64,000 nt of DNA from an uncultured Planctomycetia bacterium (GTDB taxonomy: Bacteria > Omnitrophota > Gorgyraeia > Gorgyraeales > Gorgyraeaceae), in NCBI GenBank assembly GCA_964566255.1, contig CAZMID010000002.1, positions 30,923 to 94,922 of the forward strand, given 5' to 3'. A model generated the notes under the pieces. That model was given only the letters and a program-made list of their open reading frames with translations, was not told the origin of the DNA and did no database searches. Numbering within the stretch: position 1 is the first letter of the stretch; each line of letters opens with the position of its first letter. Made by a program: the position numbers and the translations under genes. This document shows, one piece after another, positions 59,136-64,000 of this stretch.

Positions 59136-61454
59136 ATGTTTTTTAGTTCGACCAAAGATTTGGAGAAAAAAATAGTAAACCTTTTTTACTTTTGTGTATA
59201 TTTCTTCATATCTTTGGTATTTTTAGCCATTCTTTATCGACCAATAACAAGAAGTTTATTTAGCCAAGACCTGTGGTGGTTTAATCCTTCTATAGCTCAA
59301 TTTACCGAAGGCCTGTCCTTTGGTAAACTCCTGTTTTTTCTTTTTGACGTTAGACCTTTATGGTATGGATATGCATTGCTTAAGGTATACGATTTTCTTA
59401 TGTTAACGTTGTTTGGTCCTCAAGTTAAATATTTTGTTTTCTTTTCACTAATAATTCACGCTACTTCTTCATATTTACTTTTTTGCGTTTCCAGAAAAAT
59501 TGGCCAGGGTTTTCGAGTAAGTGTTCTTTCCGCATTGATGTATTTGACAGCTTTTAGCCATTTTCACGCCTACATATGGCCGATGGCCTTCCAACATCTT
59601 GTGGTTATTTTTTCCACTTTATTGGTCTTTAATTTTTATTTAAAGACAGATCAGCTTATTGATAGAGGAGCTTCTTTTCGAGCGTATTGGTGGCTAACTC
59701 TGGGGACAGGTTTTTTACTTTCCTTTTGCCGAGCAAATATCTTATTGCTGCCCATAGTTATATTGGTACATATCTTATTCTGTTCAAGGGATGACAAAGA
59801 TAGGTTTAAAAAATATAGCATATGGTTACCTCTTTTTGTAATCTATTTGGGTTATCCTCTAGTTACCTTGACCTATACAGGCGACCCTAAGCTTAGTATG
59901 TTTTTTGAGAAGATAGATATTTCGGCGAAATATTCTGTTCTATTTATATCAGGGATATTTTTACTGTTTTTATTTAGGGGTATATTACAATTTTGGCAGA
60001 ACTATAAAATTAGCAGGGTATCAAAGCGGGTTTTGATAGCAATAGCGCTTATTTCTGTTTTTTTGTTGGTATCAGGTGTAAGAGATATAGGTCTTTTGAC
60101 ATCTATGAAGAATTTACTGTTGCCATATAATCTTATGGTGCCGTTTGTTGGCTTCCTAATGTCTTTTCTTCATCCGATTCAAAACGCCCTATTAATTAAT
60201 TCATCTTCTGTGTATCATTTTATTCCGCCGCAGGTGGATGTATTTAGTTTTATTTTGAGTTTGTTATTAGTTGCCATATTCATAAAGATCTGTGTAGATA
60301 AAAATAGGGGGCTTGTTATATTTTTAGCCTGGTATCTTGTCAGTTTTCTATATTTAAATTTGAGGACTCCTATTGCGTCACGGCATTTTATATATATCTC
60401 TCCGGTTGTTTGCATAATCTTTTGCTCTGTTTTGATATATATATATGATTTCTTTGTTGAAAAAACTAGAATAAAGGCAATACATAAGGAGTTCCTGCTC
60501 TTATTGATATTTGTTGCTCTTTTTATTCCAAATATGCTGGCAATAAGGTTTGAGATCTTTAGGGGTAGAATTGCGAATAACTTTTTAATATATGATTATG
60601 TAAGAATGGTAAATATTATCAAGGAGGATTTAACAAAAAGCACTGATATTAAGACCTTAAATCCAGAAAGGCTCTATATCAATAATGTGAAACCAATGCC
60701 TTATGAATTGTGGTATAAGGATGTATGGTCTGATGTTGATCATCCACCTGATCCTTTGAAATATGATAATTTTCGTTATGTTTTAGCTCAAATCTTTGGT
60801 AGTAATTCTATGCTAGGTACCAATATCAACCAGATTCCAGTTAAGGGTGAGGATTATATGCTTTATTTCGCAGACAAAGAAAGGATAAATAATACTAAAG
60901 GTCAGAATATAGAGCCATTTTTTTACTTTTTTCAAGAGGCAGTAAAAAATATGGAGCTTAAGCATTACAAGGTAGCAGATGATTTATTTAAAAGGGCTGT
61001 ACGACAAAGACCTTTTTTACTAAATTATATTCTCTCAAAATATAGACTAGAAGATTTAAAATGGATTACTAATGATCGTCAGATGCGTTCATGGGTTAAC
61101 AAGATAGCCTTAGGTTATCATAGAGGAGGAGAGACCCCTCGAAAGATTACCTATATCAGCACTATTATGAATAAGGAGCTCGACAGTTATATTGAATGCC
61201 TATTTTATCTTTCTTACTTGAGGTACCTATCTAGCGAGACTAAGGCGAGCAAGTATTGGCTTTATCAAATAGGCTTTATCGAAAGGGATTATGAAAAGAT
61301 ATACCATCATTTAAGTCAGGTACATACAATTAAATCCGATAAAGAGATATTATCTTTTTTAAAAAGTTTTGATAGTTCTTCGTTATATAAAGCACGGGAC
61401 TGTCTTACTTATTATGAGTTGGAGAGGTTCCTTTTTAAAATGATGCTTAATTAG
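59136..61454 (+). CDS. Multi-pass GT-C-like membrane protein with large C-terminal helical (TPR-like) domain
   Basis: About 12 hydrophobic segments; first loop QD...RPL; soluble C-terminus with a TPR-like segment (FQEAVKNMELKHYKVADDLFKRAV). Confidence 0.55.
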   Translation: MFFSSTKDLEKKIVNLFYFCVYFFISLVFLAILYRPITRSLFSQDLWWFNPSIAQFTEGLSFGKLLFFLFDVRPLWYGYALLKVYDFLMLTLFGPQVKYFVFFSLIIHATSSYLLFCVSRKIGQGFRVSVLSALMYLTAFSHFHAYIWPMAFQHLVVIFSTLLVFNFYLKTDQLIDRGASFRAYWWLTLGTGFLLSFCRANILLLPIVILVHILFCSRDDKDRFKKYSIWLPLFVIYLGYPLVTLTYTGDPKLSMFFEKIDISAKYSVLFISGIFLLFLFRGILQFWQNYKISRVSKRVLIAIALISVFLLVSGVRDIGLLTSMKNLLLPYNLMVPFVGFLMSFLHPIQNALLINSSSVYHFIPPQVDVFSFILSLLLVAIFIKICVDKNRGLVIFLAWYLVSFLYLNLRTPIASRHFIYISPVVCIIFCSVLIYIYDFFVEKTRIKAIHKEFLLLLIFVALFIPNMLAIRFEIFRGRIANNFLIYDYVRMVNIIKEDLTKSTDIKTLNPERLYINNVKPMPYELWYKDVWSDVDHPPDPLKYDNFRYVLAQIFGSNSMLGTNINQIPVKGEDYMLYFADKERINNTKGQNIEPFFYFFQEAVKNMELKHYKVADDLFKRAVRQRPFLLNYILSKYRLEDLKWITNDRQMRSWVNKIALGYHRGGETPRKITYISTIMNKELDSYIECLFYLSYLRYLSSETKASKYWLYQIGFIERDYEKIYHHLSQVHTIKSDKEILSFLKSFDSSSLYKARDCLTYYELERFLFKMMLN

Positions 61455-61481
61455 GAATAAGATTAGAATATAAAGGAGGGT

Positions 61482-63008
61482 ATGTTGAAAACTTCTTCAA
61501 AGATTTTTTATACTTATTTTTGCGTAATTTTTATTGTGACTTTTTTATCCTATTACCCTTCGTTATTCTTATTTTTTGCAGGACTTGATATAGCCAAGTA
61601 TTTTCTAGAAACGCAGAAGAGCAATCTTCGTGAATTAATGACAAACTATCTTTCTTGGAGCGTAGTAGCTGAATATTCCAGAGGAGATACATACTCATTT
61701 AGACCCCTAGGTATTATGCTTTTGGGTTTAGAGAGGTATTTTTTTGGTGCTCGATATATTTTATGGCAAATACTTCATATTATAATGCATCTAGGTGTTG
61801 TGTTGTGCTTGTATAGGCTTTTACTTAGGATTCAGCGGCATATATTTGCATGGCTTTTATGTTTTCTTTTTTCTGTTTATGCTATCTTTGCGCGCGTTAT
61901 AACATGGGCAAACTTTGGTAACTATTTTCTTTTTCTGACACTTGTTTTAACAGCACTTTATCACTTATATAAGTATACCTTTGAAAGAGAGAAGGCAAGG
62001 TATAGTTTATTTTGGGTATCTTTGAGTATGTTATTAGGCTGCTTTCTTTATGAGACAGGAGTTGTTTATTGTCTGTTGTTTGTTACATATCTGGCAATAT
62101 TAAGTTTTCAAGAGAAATCGTCGCGTAAAAAGAGAGACTATGCTTACTTGATTATTTTAATACCTGCATCTGTGTTTTTATTAGCATATTCTCTTAATCT
62201 CTACCTTGGAAGAAGCTGGTTGATGGCATTTGAAGCAAAGAGGATCCTTAGTTTTCAGAATGTTTTGGAAACAATAACTACAATACCAAAGATATTTTTG
62301 TTGTGGGTCGGAAGGGGATTTTTTCTTGATTATACAGGAGGTAGGTTTACTTCTTCTGTATTTACTTTGTTAATAAGATATGGGATGTTGATTTTCTCTA
62401 TCCTTTATATATCTGTAGCACTGGGTGCCTCAAGAAGCTCTTTGAAGAAGAATTGGTTATTTATGACTTTAGTTTTTAGTATGATGATAGTTCATGTGGC
62501 TGTTAATTGTTTTGCTCGCATGGGGACGCACGGCATAGATTATATGTTAGCCACAAAGCATACTAATTATATGTTTTGGGCATTTCTTATTACTTTTGTA
62601 TATTCAGCAGTAGATTTTGAAAAGCTGAAGACCTACAGTAGAAAGATATATTATGTCGGTACAATAGGATTATTTATGTTTATATTGTTTAATGTAGTCG
62701 CAACATATGGTATCAATAGAATTATTGCAGCTGAGCAGAAACCTGTACGACTGTATACAGATCAGCTTTATAGGTTTATAGAAGAGCATCGTAGAGAGGA
62801 GGATTTTTCTTTTGCTGTAGCTTCATCTATCCCGTGGACTTACACTCTTACACAGGGATACATTGACCCCAAAGGAGAAATGGTTAAAGGAGTAGATAGA
62901 GAATTTCCTGTCCATGAGATCTATTTCGGGGAATATTATAGTAAAAAGAGGCCCAAATATGTATTAAGGTATGACCTTGAAAAAAATGAAATCAAAGTGA
63001 GAAAATGA
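61482..63008 (+). CDS. Multi-pass GT-C-like membrane protein
   Basis: About 11 hydrophobic segments; first loop LD...FRPLG, later H and LYE residues as in TMTC/PMT-like GT-C proteins. Confidence 0.55.
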   Translation: MLKTSSKIFYTYFCVIFIVTFLSYYPSLFLFFAGLDIAKYFLETQKSNLRELMTNYLSWSVVAEYSRGDTYSFRPLGIMLLGLERYFFGARYILWQILHIIMHLGVVLCLYRLLLRIQRHIFAWLLCFLFSVYAIFARVITWANFGNYFLFLTLVLTALYHLYKYTFEREKARYSLFWVSLSMLLGCFLYETGVVYCLLFVTYLAILSFQEKSSRKKRDYAYLIILIPASVFLLAYSLNLYLGRSWLMAFEAKRILSFQNVLETITTIPKIFLLWVGRGFFLDYTGGRFTSSVFTLLIRYGMLIFSILYISVALGASRSSLKKNWLFMTLVFSMMIVHVAVNCFARMGTHGIDYMLATKHTNYMFWAFLITFVYSAVDFEKLKTYSRKIYYVGTIGLFMFILFNVVATYGINRIIAAEQKPVRLYTDQLYRFIEEHRREEDFSFAVASSIPWTYTLTQGYIDPKGEMVKGVDREFPVHEIYFGEYYSKKRPKYVLRYDLEKNEIKVRK

Positions 63009-63040
63009 AAACTTGAGGAAAATTTACAGAAAGGAGAGTC

Positions 63041-64000
63041 ATGAAGTTTACAATCGGATTTGAAAAGAGGGATTTAAAGAAGCTGCATGAATATTGGGAT
63101 GATATAATCGCTACACAAAAATGGTCTGAAGGTAAATATACAAAGATGTTTGAGGAAAAATGGAGTGAATACAACCAATTAGATGCTGTTAGTTTTTCAA
63201 GCTGGGGAGGGGCAGCATTGGCCTGTTTGGAATTTTTTGAAGTGAAAGGAAAGGTTGTTCTGTGTCCTTCAAATACCTTTATGGCTACTCCTTTGAGTAT
63301 TGTAAAGGCCGGAGGGAAGGTTGAATTTGTCGATTGCAATAAGGACGATTTATGCTTATCCTTAGAAGACCTGAAGATCAAAATCGAAAAGTATAAACCT
63401 GTTGCTTTGTGGGTTGTACATATAGGAGGACATATTGCTTTCCAGATAAAAGAGATATCAAAACTTTGTAAGGAGAAAGGGATTATTCTTTTGGAGGATT
63501 GCGCTCACGCGCATGGGGCTTCGTGGAATAAAGAAAAACCCGGCGTTTGGGGTGATGCCGGCATTTATTCTTTCTATGCCACCAAGACTATATCAACAGG
63601 TGAAGGAGGGATGCTTGTTACACGAAATAAAGATTTAATCGAGTTCTCAAAGAAATATAGAAATTATGGGAAGTTTGAACACAAGGTGGAAGGACTTAAT
63701 TACCGCATAAGTGAATTTGCGGCAGCTATAGGTTATGCTCAAGTAGATAGATTGGATGATATAGTTGGCTGGAAAAACGAATATGCAGAGAAGTATCTAG
63801 ATTCAATCTTTAAAAACCGGATTAAATTTCCTGATGGAATGAGATCAGGTTATTATAAATATATAGTTTTTGATCCTATTGAGAAGTCGACAGGGAAGGT
63901 ATATGACCAACCTTGTCATAAAATAATGGGTAAAAATGGTAATTTACCAAATACTGAATGGATAGCGCAAAATCATTGGTGTGCGCCATTATATTACAAA
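63041..64000 (+). CDS. DegT/DnrJ/EryC1/StrS sugar aminotransferase, truncated by the window edge
   Basis: Not in the ORF track because no stop is reached; AGGAG RBS, ATG 63041 MKFTIGF, PSNTFMAT, VHIGG, EDCAHAHG, SFYATK (catalytic Lys), GEGG. Confidence 0.9.
   Translation, partial: MKFTIGFEKRDLKKLHEYWDDIIATQKWSEGKYTKMFEEKWSEYNQLDAVSFSSWGGAALACLEFFEVKGKVVLCPSNTFMATPLSIVKAGGKVEFVDCNKDDLCLSLEDLKIKIEKYKPVALWVVHIGGHIAFQIKEISKLCKEKGIILLEDCAHAHGASWNKEKPGVWGDAGIYSFYATKTISTGEGGMLVTRNKDLIEFSKKYRNYGKFEHKVEGLNYRISEFAAAIGYAQVDRLDDIVGWKNEYAEKYLDSIFKNRIKFPDGMRSGYYKYIVFDPIEKSTGKVYDQPCHKIMGKNGNLPNTEWIAQNHWCAPLYYK

Noticed and set aside
1288-63381. Many short minus-strand ORFs (60-161 aa) in the ORF track
   Set aside because: All lie antisense to well-supported + strand genes and show no recognisable motifs; treated as shadow ORFs
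1-64000. CRISPR arrays, tRNA/rRNA genes, IS elements, integrases
   Set aside because: No regularly spaced repeats, RNA-gene-sized gaps or transposase/integrase motifs were seen; the largest gap (18259-18516) is explained by the remnant and promoter

Overview
AT-rich bacterial DNA; every credible gene is on the + strand and most are translationally coupled. The organism is diderm (LptD present); gene style suggests an uncultured anaerobe, possibly PVC/Omnitrophota-like (inference only). 1-11.5 kb is housekeeping: dnaK 3' part, dnaJ, FmdB zinc ribbon, VanZ, DUF1015, accD, an orphan MalK/UgpC ATPase, two GAF-GGDEF cyclases, a ROK kinase and lptD. From 11.5 kb to beyond the right edge runs a surface-glycan locus of more than 52 kb. 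It holds nucleotide-sugar genes (ugd, rmlCAB, UDP-HexNAc dehydrogenase/epimerase, gmd, uxs, fcl, hddA/hddC, a Cj1427-like heptose oxidase) and Wzi/Wza/Wzz-like export genes. It also holds a dense tailoring block: 10 radical SAM enzymes (7 cobalamin-binding, 2 twitch/SPASM, 1 HemN-like), 3 split ThDP enzyme pairs without E2/E3, a His-type (E1/ColD-like) PLP dehydratase, a short LeuA-like synthase, atypical SDRs, 3 paralogous polyprenol-P GT2s and 3 GT-C-like membrane proteins. No GT4, Wzx, Wzy or initiating transferase was recognised. The best candidate for an undescribed system is a modular radical-SAM/B12/ThDP pathway making branched or rearranged sugars delivered by lipid-linked periplasmic glycosylation. 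A frameshifted RfbE-like remnant and three near-consensus sigma70 promoters are also visible. All calls are from motif recognition by eye; no searches were run.
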